Positions 13,830 to 24,844 of a stretch of 64,000 bases of DNA are shown here, in pieces (positions within the stretch are counted from its first letter, which is position 1; each line of letters starts with the position of its first letter). Under the pieces are notes generated by a model. That model was not told the DNA's origin, searched no databases, and saw only the letters and a program-made list of their open reading frames with translations. The DNA is taken from positions 25,279 through 89,278 of the forward strand of contig CANMWZ010000019.1 of the NCBI GenBank assembly GCA_947501605.1, read 5' to 3'. Origin of the DNA: Planctomycetota bacterium (GTDB lineage Bacteria > Planctomycetota > UBA1135 > UBA2386). The translations under genes were made by a program, and so were the position numbers.

Positions 13830-14106
13830 TCAGCAGACGCGAGTCCTCGCCGTAACCGGCGTTGTCGCGGTTCTGCTGGTAACGCAAGAAGGTGCGGATC
13901 TCCGCCAACGCGGTCTTTACCCACGCTTCACCAGTCGCGAGAAAGTACTCGGCCAACACGATCGCGGCCGTCGTGTAGTACCAGTTGACTAGGCCGAACG
14001 GCTCGCCCGTCGCGTCGGTGCGCTGACTGTGGAAGCGCGCATTCCTTGCCACTGCCGCGAGGTCCTTGTCGAGGCCGCGCGAGAGCAGCGCGATCGGCGC
14101 GAGGTT
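13830..14106 (-). pseudogene. Gene relic, internal fragment resembling DUF6288-type prenyltransferase-fold proteins
   Basis: NLAPIALLSRG...ARNARFH...GLVNWYYTTAAIVLAEYFLATGEAWV...NRDNAGYGEDSR; no proper start, runs antisense into upstream gene end; family from recollection. Confidence 0.5.
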
Positions 14107-14242
14107 CCGCCCACAAGCGGCGGTGGCGCGACACCTCTCGTTTGCGCTGCGGTGCCGAACGAGTGGCGTTGGCCACGTCGCGCACTACCATCGCCGCCTC
14201 GCGCGCCCGAGACCGGAAGCTCGTTCGCCGCGTACCGTATCC

Positions 14243-16057
14243 ATGCTCCATCTAGTCGCTTCGCTGTGCTTGTTCCTGCTCGCGCCGCAAGAGCCACTCC
14301 GCCTGGGCGCCATCGCCGTCGAGGCGGAGGGCAGCGGCGATTTGGCCTTTGCTCGCGGTGCCCGAATCGCAATCAACGCGCACAATCAGAAGGTCGGCGC
14401 CAACGGCCAGAAGCTCGAACTAGTGCTCGCCGCGGCCAATTCCCCCGCCGAGGTAGCAGCGGCGATGGCAGTGTTGCAGCAAGCAGGCGTCACCGCCGTG
14501 CTCGCGCCGCTCGATCCGTGGCTCGCCGAGCCGGTGAAAAAGGCCTGCGCCGGCAAGCTTCCCTGTGTGGGCTTTGCCGTGCCGACGACCGCACAACTCG
14601 CGTGGCTGGATCGCCTGGCGCTGCAGCAGTTCTGCATGACTCGCATCGGTTTCGTGCACGACCCAAAGAGCCAGAGAGACCTCGGCAAGCTGCTCAGCAA
14701 GCCGGGGCTCACCGCGCCCGCTCATGTGGTTTGCGAACTCGACGCCGCGACGACCACGAAGGCCATGACCAAGGTGTTCGAGAAGGACCGCCCCGAGTTG
14801 CTGCTGATCGATGCCGAGCCCGCTGCGGCTGCGCAATTCCTGCAAGCGCTCGGTACCGATCCGATCCCGGTCGTACTGACCAGCCGTTCGCTCGGCGAGC
14901 CAGTGCGTCGACTGGGGCGTCGCGTGTTCGTCGTGCAAGGTCTCTCCCCCGCCTGTGCTGCAAAGACGAGTCAGTTCCGCAGCGACTACGAACGCGATCA
15001 CGGGGCACCCCCGCTCGGCGCTGTCGAAGGCTACGAGGGCGTTCTCGCACTGGTGAGTGCCTTCGACATTGCCGCCTCGCACGAGCCCACGGCGGTGCGC
15101 ACCGCACTCACGCGCGTCGTCCTCGAAGGCACAAGGGGCCGCTACCAGTGGGACAAGGCGCTCGATGCGTTTGCCGTGCCGCACGGTGTCTGGCTCGTCG
15201 AAGGAGCGGCCTCAAGACCGTACGCGCCGGCAACTGTGGTGCTCGGCGCAGTCGGGAGCTCGACGGGCACCGGCGAGCAGCAACAACGGGCCCCGCAAGC
15301 GCAGGTCGGCGAACCGTTCGGCACGTGGCGCACGCGCCAGTTCGTGCCCGAGGAGAACGCCCAGTGGGTCGTGTGCGAATGGGCCACTGACGAGGGCTAC
15401 AGGACCAGCAGCGACGACTTGGCTCAGTTGGGCCTGTCGACCGGCGGCACGGACCCGATCGTCGATCACCTCGTGCGCGAGGAGATCATGGCGCGCGTGC
15501 TCGCGATCGCCTCGACCAAGTTCTTGCGCAAGGAGGATGGCACCGGCATTGCTGGCACAAGCCTGCGCATTGCCTTTGCGATACACGTGTCTGCCGAGGC
15601 GCGCGCGAAGAAGAAGCAGCGAGTTTGGCTGGCGATGTTCGGCGGCGACCACGAGGGCGCAGGCGGCGAAGCGTTCGGTAGCTACTGCCGCGTCTACACC
15701 ACTTTCATCCGCCGCACGATCTTCCAGGTGCACGCCCTGACGCCGGCCGTGACGGCTCTCGATCTGCCGTTCCTCGATGGCAGCTACGTGTTCGGCACCG
15801 ACCTCAAGCTCGACAAGCGCAGCGAGTTGATCCGCGCCTTGATCAACGGCTATGCCGGTTCGATGGCGCTCACGCTCGCGCATGAAGTCGGCCATCTGAC
15901 GGGACTCGGCCACAACGAGGACGATCCAGTCGAGATCATGAACGTCAACGAAGGCGGCGGCATCGACTACCGCGACGCGCACTTCGGCGCGCCGTCGATC
16001 GCGCACATCAAGGAGCACTACGGCGTCACGGGTGACAAGCCGGGCAAGAAGGACTGA
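14243..16057 (+). CDS. Secreted protein: LivJ-like (type I) solute-binding domain fused to a metzincin zinc-protease domain
   Basis: Signal peptide at ATG 14243; GARIAINAHN..G.NGQKLELV and EGTRGRYQWD SBP features; HEVGHLTGLGH + Met-turn EIMN. Confidence 0.8.
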   Translation: MLHLVASLCLFLLAPQEPLRLGAIAVEAEGSGDLAFARGARIAINAHNQKVGANGQKLELVLAAANSPAEVAAAMAVLQQAGVTAVLAPLDPWLAEPVKKACAGKLPCVGFAVPTTAQLAWLDRLALQQFCMTRIGFVHDPKSQRDLGKLLSKPGLTAPAHVVCELDAATTTKAMTKVFEKDRPELLLIDAEPAAAAQFLQALGTDPIPVVLTSRSLGEPVRRLGRRVFVVQGLSPACAAKTSQFRSDYERDHGAPPLGAVEGYEGVLALVSAFDIAASHEPTAVRTALTRVVLEGTRGRYQWDKALDAFAVPHGVWLVEGAASRPYAPATVVLGAVGSSTGTGEQQQRAPQAQVGEPFGTWRTRQFVPEENAQWVVCEWATDEGYRTSSDDLAQLGLSTGGTDPIVDHLVREEIMARVLAIASTKFLRKEDGTGIAGTSLRIAFAIHVSAEARAKKKQRVWLAMFGGDHEGAGGEAFGSYCRVYTTFIRRTIFQVHALTPAVTALDLPFLDGSYVFGTDLKLDKRSELIRALINGYAGSMALTLAHEVGHLTGLGHNEDDPVEIMNVNEGGGIDYRDAHFGAPSIAHIKEHYGVTGDKPGKKD

Positions 16058-16096
16058 GGCAGCTGCCGCGCCGCGCAGGCCTGCCCGCAGCTGCGT

Positions 16097-16489
16097 TCAG
16101 CGCACCGAGCAACGACCCGAATCGCAACGGCGTCCGCACAGACGTCCGAGCGGCACGCGATAGCGCGCAAACACAAGGTAGCCGAGGTCGCAGAGCCATC
16201 GCAGCACCGGCCACCCGGTCGGGGCCATGACCCAGCCGACGCCGGCAACGCGCCAGGCAGCACGGATTGCGGCCATGCCCTCGATCACCGCACCCGATGC
16301 GTCGACGCCGTGCAGCCGAGCGTGCACCCGGTCGCGCGTCAGTCCAAACACCGCGGGATCAAACCCCGGCGCCGCGATGTCGATCGCACGCAATCGACCG
16401 TGGCGATCGCGCCGCTGCAACCACTCGACCTCGAGCTTGCAGAACGGGCACTCGCTGTCGAACAGCAGTGTGAACGTCTCTTGCGGCAT
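16097..16489 (-). CDS. DCC1-like thiol-disulfide oxidoreductase (DUF393)
   Basis: LLFDSECPFC (DxxCxxC), typical C-terminal Y..FAR.R. Confidence 0.88.
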   Translation of the reverse strand: MPQETFTLLFDSECPFCKLEVEWLQRRDRHGRLRAIDIAAPGFDPAVFGLTRDRVHARLHGVDASGAVIEGMAAIRAAWRVAGVGWVMAPTGWPVLRWLCDLGYLVFARYRVPLGRLCGRRCDSGRCSVR

Positions 16490-16534
16490 GGCTGTGCCTT
16501 CGTTCCCCGTGCAGGCCGGATGCAGCGACCTTGC

Positions 16535-19441
16535 CTACGTCCCACGCAGCACCACTGCTGCCCCGCGCCGAAGCTGCACGGTGAACACGCCGTCACCCGC
16601 AGCCGTCGTCGGCACGTCCTTGCCATCGACCGTCGCGGCGGTCTTGGTCTTGCAGCGCACCCGCACCGGGCCGTCCTCGCCGGCGGTGCGGAGGAGCACT
16701 GCCTCCACCAGTCGGCCTTCGACCCAGCGTAGATCGACCTCCAACCCGCCGCGGGCGCGTAGCGCCGTCACACTGCCGACCTTCCACTTCGTCGGCAACG
16801 CCGGCAGCAAGTGCACGGTGAAGTCTTCGCCCGGCCGCTCGCAGTGGCTCTGCAACAGCAGTTCGGCAATCGCCGCCGTGCCGCCAAAGTTGCCGTCGAT
16901 CTGAAACGGCGGATGGGCGCAGAACAGGTTGGGATAGGTCCCACCGTGATGCATGTCGAAGCCCATCTCGCCAATAGGTCGCAGCAGGTTGGTGAGGAGT
17001 CGCAGCGCGCGATCGCCGTCGTGCAATCGCGCCCATAGCAGCGCCTTGTATGCCAGCGCCCAGCCGGTGCCGTCATCGCCCCGACGTTCGAGCGTCGTGC
17101 GCGCTGCCGCCGCGAGCGCGGGCGTGCCCACCGGCGTGATCTGGTTGCCGGGATAGAGCCCGTAGAGGTGCGACACATGCCGATGGTGCGGCTCCACTTC
17201 GTCGAAGTCCAAGAGCCACTCCTGCAACTGACCATGTTTGCCGATCTGCATGGGCGCTAGTTGCTCACGCGCCAGCGCCAACGCCGCCGCGAACGGCGCA
17301 TCGACGCCGAGCACCACTGCGGCCTCGATCACGTTGCCGAACAGCTCGCGCACGATCTGCTGGTCGACGGTTGGGCCCATGCAGACATGCGCGGCACCAC
17401 CGTCCTTGGTGCGGAATGCGTTCTCGGGCGAGTTCGACACCGAGGTCACCAGCCATTCCGTACCTGGGGCGCGCGTCAACGTCGCCAGGTAGAAGCGGGC
17501 GGCGTCACGCAACGTGGGGTAGACGCGCTCGAGAACCGCGCGGTCTTGGGTGAACGCGTAGTGGTCGTGCAAGTGACGACAGAGCCAGCCACCGCCCGAG
17601 TTGGTCGCACCCCAACTCGCGTGCTCACCTGGAGACGTGAAGCCCCACACGTTGGTGATGACATGGGCGCACCAGCCATTGGCGTCGTAGTACGCCTTCG
17701 CCGTGCGCCGCCCGGGCTCGACCAGCGACTCGACGAGCGCGATCAGCGGCTCGTGGCAGGGCACAAGGTTGGTCGTGAGCGCAGGCCAGTAGTTCATCTG
17801 GACGTTGATGTCCAAGTGGTAGTCCCCGTTCCACGGCGTCTGCAGTTCGGGCGCCCAGAGGCCCTGGAGATTGGCCGGCAGTGACCCCGGGCGCGAACTC
17901 GAGGCCAGCAGATAGCGCCCATAGGCGAAGTAGCTCGCGAACAGGTCGGGGTCGTCACGGCCGCTCGCGAGATCGCGAAGTCGCTGTGTAGTAGTCACCG
18001 AGCGGCGACCGTGGCCACCGAGGTCGAGTCTCACGCGGTCCATCGTGTCGGCGAGGGCAGGTGGCGCCGCACCGTCCTGTTGCTGCTGGCTGCGCTGGGC
18101 TTCGGCGATCCGATCGGTGAGTCCGCTGCTCAGGTCGGTACCGGCCGCGATCGACAACGTGAACGAGGTCGCACCGCGAACATGCAGGCCCGAGGCATCG
18201 GCGGTCACGCGACCCTTGGTCACCTCGGCCTTCACTTGCGCCTGGAAATTGACGCCGTCGCCACCGCGGCCATCGGCCAGTGACCCCGTCATCCGCAACG
18301 TCTTGTCGTCGACCACGTGGAGACGCGCGCGCTCAGAGCGGCGGAGTGCGACATCGACATCGAGGATCGGTTCGTCCGCGGACCAGGCCACGACGATCTG
18401 TCCCGCGGTCATGCGCACACTGCGGCGGTGTTGGCGTCCACGATCGTCCACGAACTGCACCGTCCCGACGCCGCTGCGCCACACGGATGCAGGCAACTCG
18501 AGGTCGCGCACATAGCCGTCGACCGCGCCATGCCACGGCGCCCCGTCGGCACCGAGCCACAGGAGATCGAGGTCGGCCAGAGTCTGGTAGCAGCCAAACG
18601 GCACGTCCTTGCCGTTGCCGTGACCGCTGCCGGCGCCAGCGCACGTGAACGTCTCGCCCACGAGCTTCTCCGCCTCTTGGTAGGCGCCCTTGCTGAGCAG
18701 CTCGCGGATACGCGGGAGGTTGGCGGCGGCACCTTGGCGATCGGCGGACGCGTCGACGCTGCCGCTCCACATCGAGATCTCGTTGAGCACGACTCGATCG
18801 CGCGCAACCCCACCAAACCACGTAGCGCCCAATCGCCCGTCGCCGATCGGATAGGCCGCCACGAACTCGGTCGCCGGTCGATCGCTCCACAACGCACGAT
18901 GTTCGGGAGGTAGGGCCGTGCCGGTGAACTCGATCGCGTTCGGGAGCCTGCCTTCGGGCATCACCTCGCGTGACACGAAGGTCGGCCACAGCAGGTTGGC
19001 ATGATCCGCACCATTGCCGTCGCCGCCATCGGTGACGACGAGCTTCAACTCGCTCCTGCCGGTGAGCTCGCAGGCGAACCAAACCGGGGCTGCCTTGCCC
19101 TTCTGCAGCGCCGTCGCGTGGATCTTGGCGCCATCGACAAACACCTCGAGCGCGATCGAGCCGTTTGCACCGCTTTCCGCGGCGACGCCAAACCACCCGG
19201 TCAACCAGTGCATGTTGGCCGGAATCGAGAACACCAGCTCCGCCGGCGCATGCGTACCGATGCCGCGCTCGGCCAGAGTCTCGCCGACCATCAGTGCGTG
19301 GCCGTCGACGCTGCGGTCGTCATGCGCCGTGCCCCATCCGCATGAGGCCGACTTGGCGTCGCGCAGGCGAAGCGTCACATCGGGCACTTGAGCCAGCACG
19401 AACGTAGCGAACGCGAGCGACGCAGCCAGGAAACGCAGCAT
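16535..19441 (-). CDS. GH95 alpha-L-fucosidase with N-terminal NPCBM domain
   Basis: Signal peptide; NPCBM ([20 protein letters not shown]); [50 protein letters not shown]. Confidence 0.93.
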   Translation of the reverse strand: MLRFLAASLAFATFVLAQVPDVTLRLRDAKSASCGWGTAHDDRSVDGHALMVGETLAERGIGTHAPAELVFSIPANMHWLTGWFGVAAESGANGSIALEVFVDGAKIHATALQKGKAAPVWFACELTGRSELKLVVTDGGDGNGADHANLLWPTFVSREVMPEGRLPNAIEFTGTALPPEHRALWSDRPATEFVAAYPIGDGRLGATWFGGVARDRVVLNEISMWSGSVDASADRQGAAANLPRIRELLSKGAYQEAEKLVGETFTCAGAGSGHGNGKDVPFGCYQTLADLDLLWLGADGAPWHGAVDGYVRDLELPASVWRSGVGTVQFVDDRGRQHRRSVRMTAGQIVVAWSADEPILDVDVALRRSERARLHVVDDKTLRMTGSLADGRGGDGVNFQAQVKAEVTKGRVTADASGLHVRGATSFTLSIAAGTDLSSGLTDRIAEAQRSQQQQDGAAPPALADTMDRVRLDLGGHGRRSVTTTQRLRDLASGRDDPDLFASYFAYGRYLLASSSRPGSLPANLQGLWAPELQTPWNGDYHLDINVQMNYWPALTTNLVPCHEPLIALVESLVEPGRRTAKAYYDANGWCAHVITNVWGFTSPGEHASWGATNSGGGWLCRHLHDHYAFTQDRAVLERVYPTLRDAARFYLATLTRAPGTEWLVTSVSNSPENAFRTKDGGAAHVCMGPTVDQQIVRELFGNVIEAAVVLGVDAPFAAALALAREQLAPMQIGKHGQLQEWLLDFDEVEPHHRHVSHLYGLYPGNQITPVGTPALAAAARTTLERRGDDGTGWALAYKALLWARLHDGDRALRLLTNLLRPIGEMGFDMHHGGTYPNLFCAHPPFQIDGNFGGTAAIAELLLQSHCERPGEDFTVHLLPALPTKWKVGSVTALRARGGLEVDLRWVEGRLVEAVLLRTAGEDGPVRVRCKTKTAATVDGKDVPTTAAGDGVFTVQLRRGAAVVLRGT

Positions 19442-19601
19442 TGCCACAGTCTGCCGCGGGCGTGGCCCCCTGCCCATCCGCGTGGCGCCAAGATCGAAGG
19501 CATCGCCCTGGCGAGTTTCGCGCGCGCGGCCGGGGCTCAGCAAGCGCAGTTCGACCAGGGGTTGCAACCGCCAGAGCCCGAGGGCGGCACGTTGCGTCTG
19601 G

Positions 19602-21029
19602 TCAGGCCAGGATCTGACGCACGACCGAGCCCGCGACATCCGTCAAGCGGTAGTGACGACCCTGGAACGGGAAGGTCAGCCGTTCATGGTCGAGACCGAG
19701 AAGGTGCAGCATCGTGGCGTGCAGGTCGTGAACATGAACGCCGCCACTCTCGATGTTGTAGCCAAAGTCATCCGTGGCCCCGTGGACGTGGCCGGCGCGC
19801 ACGCCGCCGCCAGCGAGCCACATCGAGAAGCAACGTGGGTGGTGGTCGCGACCGTAGTCGGTCGTCGTCATGCGACCCTGGCAGTAGGCCGTGCGCCCGA
19901 ACTCGCCGCCCCACACGACCAGCGTGTCGTCGAGCAGACCGCGCTGGGCCAAGTCTTTGACCAACGCCGCGCTGGCCTGGTCGGTCTGCGCACACTGGTG
20001 CGAGATCCCAGCCGGAAGGCCGCCATGCTGGTCCCAACCCTGGTGGAACAACTGCACGAAGCGGACGCCGCGTTCGACCAGTCTTCGCGCCAGCAAGCAG
20101 TTGGCGGCGAAGGTTCCGGGCGCTCGCGAGCTCGGTCCGTAGAGCGCCAGGGTCGCTTCGCTCTCGCCGCGCACGTCGGTCGCCTCCGGCACGCTTGTCT
20201 GCATGCGATACGCGAGTTCCGCTTGCTGCTGCCGTGCGGCGATCTCGAGATCGTGCTCCCGCTCTGAGGCGTCACGCGTCATCGCCGCAAGCGCGTCGAG
20301 CATCGCGCGACGATCGCTGCGCGCGACGCCATCCGGGTTGGACAAGAACAGCACCGCGTCCTTGCCAGAACGGAACTGCACGCCCTGGTGCTCGCTGGGC
20401 AAGAAGCCCGCGCCCCAGAGGCGCGCGTAGAGAGGTTGGTCGCGCGAGCTGTCCTTCGACACCAGGACGACGAAGGCGGGCAAGTCCGAGTTGCCGGATC
20501 CAAGCCCGTAACTGAGCCAACTCCCCATCGACGGCCGGCCGGCGATCTGGTTGCCGCTGCAAAAAAACGTGATCGCCGGATCGTGGTTGATCGCTTCGGT
20601 GTGCACGGCGCGCAACAGGCAGATGCGGTCGACGATCGTCGCCGTGTGCGGCAGCAGCTCGCTGATTGCCATGCCGCAGTCGCCGTGCTGCGCGAACTTC
20701 GCAAACGAACCGGCAATGGGCAGCACTGCCTGGTTGCCGCTCATCCCGGTGAGACGCTGCTCGCCGCGCACGCTGTCGGGCAATGGCATGCCGTGCAGCT
20801 CGCGCATCTTGGGCTTGTCGTCAAAGGTCTCGAACTGCGACGGCCCACCCGCCTGAAACAGGTAGATCACGCGCTTGCACTTCGGCGCGAAGTGCGGGAT
20901 CTGGCGAGCACCCTGCCGCGGATCCTGGGTCCGCCCCAGGTCCGTCATCGCCAGCGAGCCAAGTGCGAGGCCGGAGTGGCGCAGCCAGTCGCGACGGCTC
21001 GGTGCCTCGCCGCTACGGAGTTCGTTCAT
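19602..21029 (-). CDS. DUF1501 domain protein (Tat-exported, sulfatase-like fold)
   Basis: SRRDWL Tat motif, [54 protein letters not shown]-coupled to upstream gene. Confidence 0.92.
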   Translation of the reverse strand: MNELRSGEAPSRRDWLRHSGLALGSLAMTDLGRTQDPRQGARQIPHFAPKCKRVIYLFQAGGPSQFETFDDKPKMRELHGMPLPDSVRGEQRLTGMSGNQAVLPIAGSFAKFAQHGDCGMAISELLPHTATIVDRICLLRAVHTEAINHDPAITFFCSGNQIAGRPSMGSWLSYGLGSGNSDLPAFVVLVSKDSSRDQPLYARLWGAGFLPSEHQGVQFRSGKDAVLFLSNPDGVARSDRRAMLDALAAMTRDASEREHDLEIAARQQQAELAYRMQTSVPEATDVRGESEATLALYGPSSRAPGTFAANCLLARRLVERGVRFVQLFHQGWDQHGGLPAGISHQCAQTDQASAALVKDLAQRGLLDDTLVVWGGEFGRTAYCQGRMTTTDYGRDHHPRCFSMWLAGGGVRAGHVHGATDDFGYNIESGGVHVHDLHATMLHLLGLDHERLTFPFQGRHYRLTDVAGSVVRQILA

Positions 21030-24000
21030 CGCATCACCATCGCGGCATCGGTTCCTAGGATCGCCGAGCACGCGAGCGTCAGCGCCGCCAGCTCCGGGGA
21101 CTCGCTACCGCAGACCGCCGCAGCGTCCTTGGGCGCCGCCGCATAACGCGCGACCGCGGTGTCGTACAGCGTCGTCAGCGCAGCAAGCTCGTTGCCGGTC
21201 GGGTTGCGGGTGCACACGCAGCGAAAGGCGGTGATCAGTCGAGTCGCGACGTCGCTGTCGTCACGTGTTGCACGCGCGGCCAACCCGAGAGCGCATTCGA
21301 AGAACACCGGATCGTTGGCGATGACGAGCGCTTGCAGCGGGGTGTTGGTCGAAGACCGCCGCGACTGGCAGGTTTCGCGCGAGCCCGCGTCGAACGCGGC
21401 CAGGTCGGGCACTGTCACGGTGCGCTTGCGGTAGGTGTAGAGACTGCGCCGATGCGCGTCCGTGCCCTGGCTCGCAACGTAGTTACCGCTCTGCCCCGCA
21501 TCGCCCCACAAGCCGTCCGGCTGCCACGGTTTGACGCTTGGACCGCCGAGCGCTTCGTGCAGCAGACCTGACGCGAACAGCGCCTGATCGCGCAACATCT
21601 CGGCCGACAGACGGATCGAGGGCCCGCGCGCGAGCCAGGCGTTCTGCGGATCCTGTTCGCGCGCCGCCGCCGACGCTCTCGACGATTGCGCAAACGTCGC
21701 ACTGGTGACGAAGCGGCGCAACATCGCGCGCACGTTCCATGCCGTGCCGGCGGTGCCATCGCCATCGCAAAAGTCACGCGAGAGGGTATCGAGCAAGGCC
21801 GGATGACTCGGCACACTGCCTTGCACGCCGAAGTTCTCCCGCGTCTCGACGAGGCCGCGACCAAACACCTGCGCCCACAGGCGATCGACGGCGACGCGAG
21901 CGGTCAACGGATGCCGTGGATCACACAGCCAGCGTGCGAGGCCGAGGCGATTCCGCGGCAGCGATGCATCGAACGGCAGGACCGCATCGACGGCGCCTGG
22001 CGCACACGGCTGCGAACGATCGGGCTGGTCGTAGGCCCCGCGCGCGAGCACCACCGTCGCCGGCGCCAACGTGGAGTCCTGCATGCACGAGAGTGCTGGG
22101 ATCGCGTCCAGATGCGCTGCGAGTTCACGCTGCGCTGCGCGCAGCGCGCGGCACGCGGCAACGACGGCGGGATCCTGCTGCACGAAGTGGTCGACCGCCG
22201 TCGCTGCACCGCGACGCTGGGCTTCCGCGTCCACGCTCATCGCAATCCCCCGCCGTGCCGCGGCGATCGACTCGACCTTCGACATCTGCGCGCGCGTGAG
22301 CGCTTTCCGCCACACCCGCAACTCGTCGATGGCGCCAGCCCGGAAGCCGCTGCCGCGCGAACGCGAGCCGACCTCGAGCGTATGCACCGCCAGCGGTCCG
22401 TCGAGCGCATCGCGCACGACCTCGGTCGGCACCAAGAGTCCGTTCACGCCAATCGTCAGCCCGCTGCTGCGCGACGAACCGTCGTAGGCGACCACGAGGT
22501 GCGTCCAGACGCCGATGGGCAGGGCTTCGACCGTCCGCACGCTCGCTACCGAGCAAGGCCAGAGGTGGATCGCGCTGAAGCGAACGCGACCCTCGTCGAG
22601 TTCGAGTTCGATCCCCGACGCATCGGCATCCTGAGTGTAGAAGCCCGCGGCGTGCACGATCGCCGCGCGAGCGTTGCGTTCGCCAGCGCGGAGCCACATC
22701 GACATCGTGATCTCGTCGTGACGCCCGAAGCCTGCGAGCCCGCGCAACGACAAACCACCGTCGCCGTCGAAGTGCATCGCCGCACCCTCGCGGCCGTCGC
22801 CGATCGCGACGGCACCGAGCTGTTCGGGCCGATGCCGATCAGTCGTCGCCGCCTCGGCGCCCGGGATGCGGTTTGGCGTTGCGCCATCCACGAGTTGGTC
22901 GAACGGGTAGTGCGCGTCGGGCGGCGGCACGGTCACGACAACGCTCTCCGCCGTGCTCGCTGCGGCGACCGCGGCATCGTCCATAGCCAACTGCAGTGCG
23001 CGCTCACAGACGGCGACATTTGCCCGCAACTCGGCCTCGCGCGCAGCCTGCGCGCTGGTCGCGAGGCGCACGAACGGCGGCGGCGCTGGCACCGCCAACG
23101 CGTAGGGCTTGAGCCCGTTCTCGTCGATCGCGCCGAACATCGCCGCCAGCGAATAGAAGTCGCGCGCCTTGATCGGGTCGAACTTGTGGTCGTGACAGCG
23201 CGCACACTCGAGCGTCAGTCCGACGAACGTCGTGCCAAAGGTGGCGACGCGGTCGGCGATGCCCTCCTGCCGAAACTCCTCCGCGATCGAGCCACCCTCT
23301 TCGGTCAGGCGATGCATGCGCCAGAAGGCGGTGGCCACGCGCTCGTCGACGCTCGCATCCGGCAACAGGTCGCCAGCGAGGATCTGCTGCACGAAGCGAT
23401 CGAACGGCACGTTGTCGCACAAGCTCCGCAACAGCCAGTCGCGCCACGGCCACCAAAACGACTCGCCGTCCGATTGGTAGCCATGCGTGTCGGCGTAGCG
23501 CGCAAGGTCGAGCCAAGTGGTCGCCATGTGCTCGGCGGCGCGTTCGGACGCGAGCATGGTGTCGACCATCGCTTCGTAGCGCTCCTGGGTGGGATCGCGC
23601 GTGAACGCCGCGGCGTCGGCGACGGCGGGCGGCAATCCCGTCAGCACCAGCGAGGCCCGCCGCAGCAGCGTCAACGGTTCGGCGGCAGGCGAGGGCGCGC
23701 GACCTGCCTGTTCCAACTCCGCGAGCACGAACTGGTCGAGCGGGTCGCGAACCCACGCCGCATCGCGCACGGCCGGCCGCGGCGAGCGCACCGGCGCGAC
23801 GAAGGCCCAGTGCGGTGCATAGTCACCACCCTGCGCGACCCAGGCGACCAAGGTCGCGCGCTGCGCGGCGGTCAGCGGCCGCTTGAAGTGCGCCGGCGGC
23901 ATGGCCTCGTCGTCCGATGCCAGCACGCGACGCACGAGTTCACTGTTGGCGATGTCGCCCGGCACGATGGCCCGCGCACCGGAGTCGAGCGCAGCCCTCG

Positions 24001-24241
24001 ACACATCCTGCTGATCGAGTCGCAGTCCAGCCTGGCGCTGGTGCTCATCGGGACCATGGCAGGCAAAGCAGCGGTCGGCGAGGATCGGCCGGACGTCGCG
24101 CCCGAAGTCTGTGCGAGCCGTTCTGGCGCGCGTGGGCCCGGCAGCCGTTGGCGCAGCAGGATCCGTGTCCGGCACGCGCAACGCCGACGCGCAGGCGACG
24201 GCAAGCACGGCGCTGCAGAGCACGAGGTAACGAGAGTTCAC
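21026..24241 (-). CDS. Planctomycete cytochrome c / DUF1549 / LamG / DUF1553 (PSD1) protein
   Basis: DFGRDVRPILADRCFACHGPD, HWAF, WLDLARYADT.G, CARCHDHKFDPI, RRSLY, TNTPLQAL. Confidence 0.93.
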   Translation of the reverse strand: MNSRYLVLCSAVLAVACASALRVPDTDPAAPTAAGPTRARTARTDFGRDVRPILADRCFACHGPDEHQRQAGLRLDQQDVSRAALDSGARAIVPGDIANSELVRRVLASDDEAMPPAHFKRPLTAAQRATLVAWVAQGGDYAPHWAFVAPVRSPRPAVRDAAWVRDPLDQFVLAELEQAGRAPSPAAEPLTLLRRASLVLTGLPPAVADAAAFTRDPTQERYEAMVDTMLASERAAEHMATTWLDLARYADTHGYQSDGESFWWPWRDWLLRSLCDNVPFDRFVQQILAGDLLPDASVDERVATAFWRMHRLTEEGGSIAEEFRQEGIADRVATFGTTFVGLTLECARCHDHKFDPIKARDFYSLAAMFGAIDENGLKPYALAVPAPPPFVRLATSAQAAREAELRANVAVCERALQLAMDDAAVAAASTAESVVVTVPPPDAHYPFDQLVDGATPNRIPGAEAATTDRHRPEQLGAVAIGDGREGAAMHFDGDGGLSLRGLAGFGRHDEITMSMWLRAGERNARAAIVHAAGFYTQDADASGIELELDEGRVRFSAIHLWPCSVASVRTVEALPIGVWTHLVVAYDGSSRSSGLTIGVNGLLVPTEVVRDALDGPLAVHTLEVGSRSRGSGFRAGAIDELRVWRKALTRAQMSKVESIAAARRGIAMSVDAEAQRRGAATAVDHFVQQDPAVVAACRALRAAQRELAAHLDAIPALSCMQDSTLAPATVVLARGAYDQPDRSQPCAPGAVDAVLPFDASLPRNRLGLARWLCDPRHPLTARVAVDRLWAQVFGRGLVETRENFGVQGSVPSHPALLDTLSRDFCDGDGTAGTAWNVRAMLRRFVTSATFAQSSRASAAAREQDPQNAWLARGPSIRLSAEMLRDQALFASGLLHEALGGPSVKPWQPDGLWGDAGQSGNYVASQGTDAHRRSLYTYRKRTVTVPDLAAFDAGSRETCQSRRSSTNTPLQALVIANDPVFFECALGLAARATRDDSDVATRLITAFRCVCTRNPTGNELAALTTLYDTAVARYAAAPKDAAAVCGSESPELAALTLACSAILGTDAAMVMR

Positions 24242-24271
24242 GCGCGCCTCACCATAGCCGGTGGCGCGCCA

Positions 24272-24826
24272 TCAGAGTTCGTCCCAGACCTGCCGCGGCG
24301 AACGCAACGACCCTGGCAGCGCGTCGCGAGCCGCGAGCCGCAATTGGTAGAAGGCGACATCGCACCAGGCGCCAAACTTGAAGCCCGCCTGTCGCACCAG
24401 CCCTGCCGGTTCGAAGCCGAGCTCGCGGTGCAATCGGTCGCTGGCGTCGTTGGGCATGGTCGCGCCCGCCATCAGGGAGTGGAAGCCCTGGGCGCGGCAG
24501 ACGGCGATCAGTCGTTCGTAGACCGCGAGCCCAAGACGCTGCCCAAGGCAATCGTGGCGCACGTAGACTCCGGTCTCCGGCGTCCAGCTGTAGGCGGCAC
24601 GCGCACGCCACACCCCGGCCTTGGCGTAGGCCACGACCTCGCTGCGGCGCTCAGCGACAATCCAGGGGTAGAGGTCTTCGTGCTGTCGCCACAGCTGCTG
24701 CAACTCGCCACCGGTCACGTCCTGCGTGCCGAAGTGGATCGTCGTCGTGCGGATGTAGTGATTCGTCAACGCTGCGATCGCATCGAAGTCGGACGCGACC
24801 GCAAGACGCAGGAGAACAGCAGACAT
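24272..24826 (-). CDS. GNAT N-acetyltransferase (phosphinothricin acetyltransferase/YncA-like)
   Basis: R.AY.WT.E..VYV, GQRLG..Y, PNDAS..LH..LGF, GFKFGAW.DV. Confidence 0.9.
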   Translation of the reverse strand: MSAVLLRLAVASDFDAIAALTNHYIRTTTIHFGTQDVTGGELQQLWRQHEDLYPWIVAERRSEVVAYAKAGVWRARAAYSWTPETGVYVRHDCLGQRLGLAVYERLIAVCRAQGFHSLMAGATMPNDASDRLHRELGFEPAGLVRQAGFKFGAWCDVAFYQLRLAARDALPGSLRSPRQVWDEL

Positions 24827-24844
24827 GGCCGGCATGATGCGACC

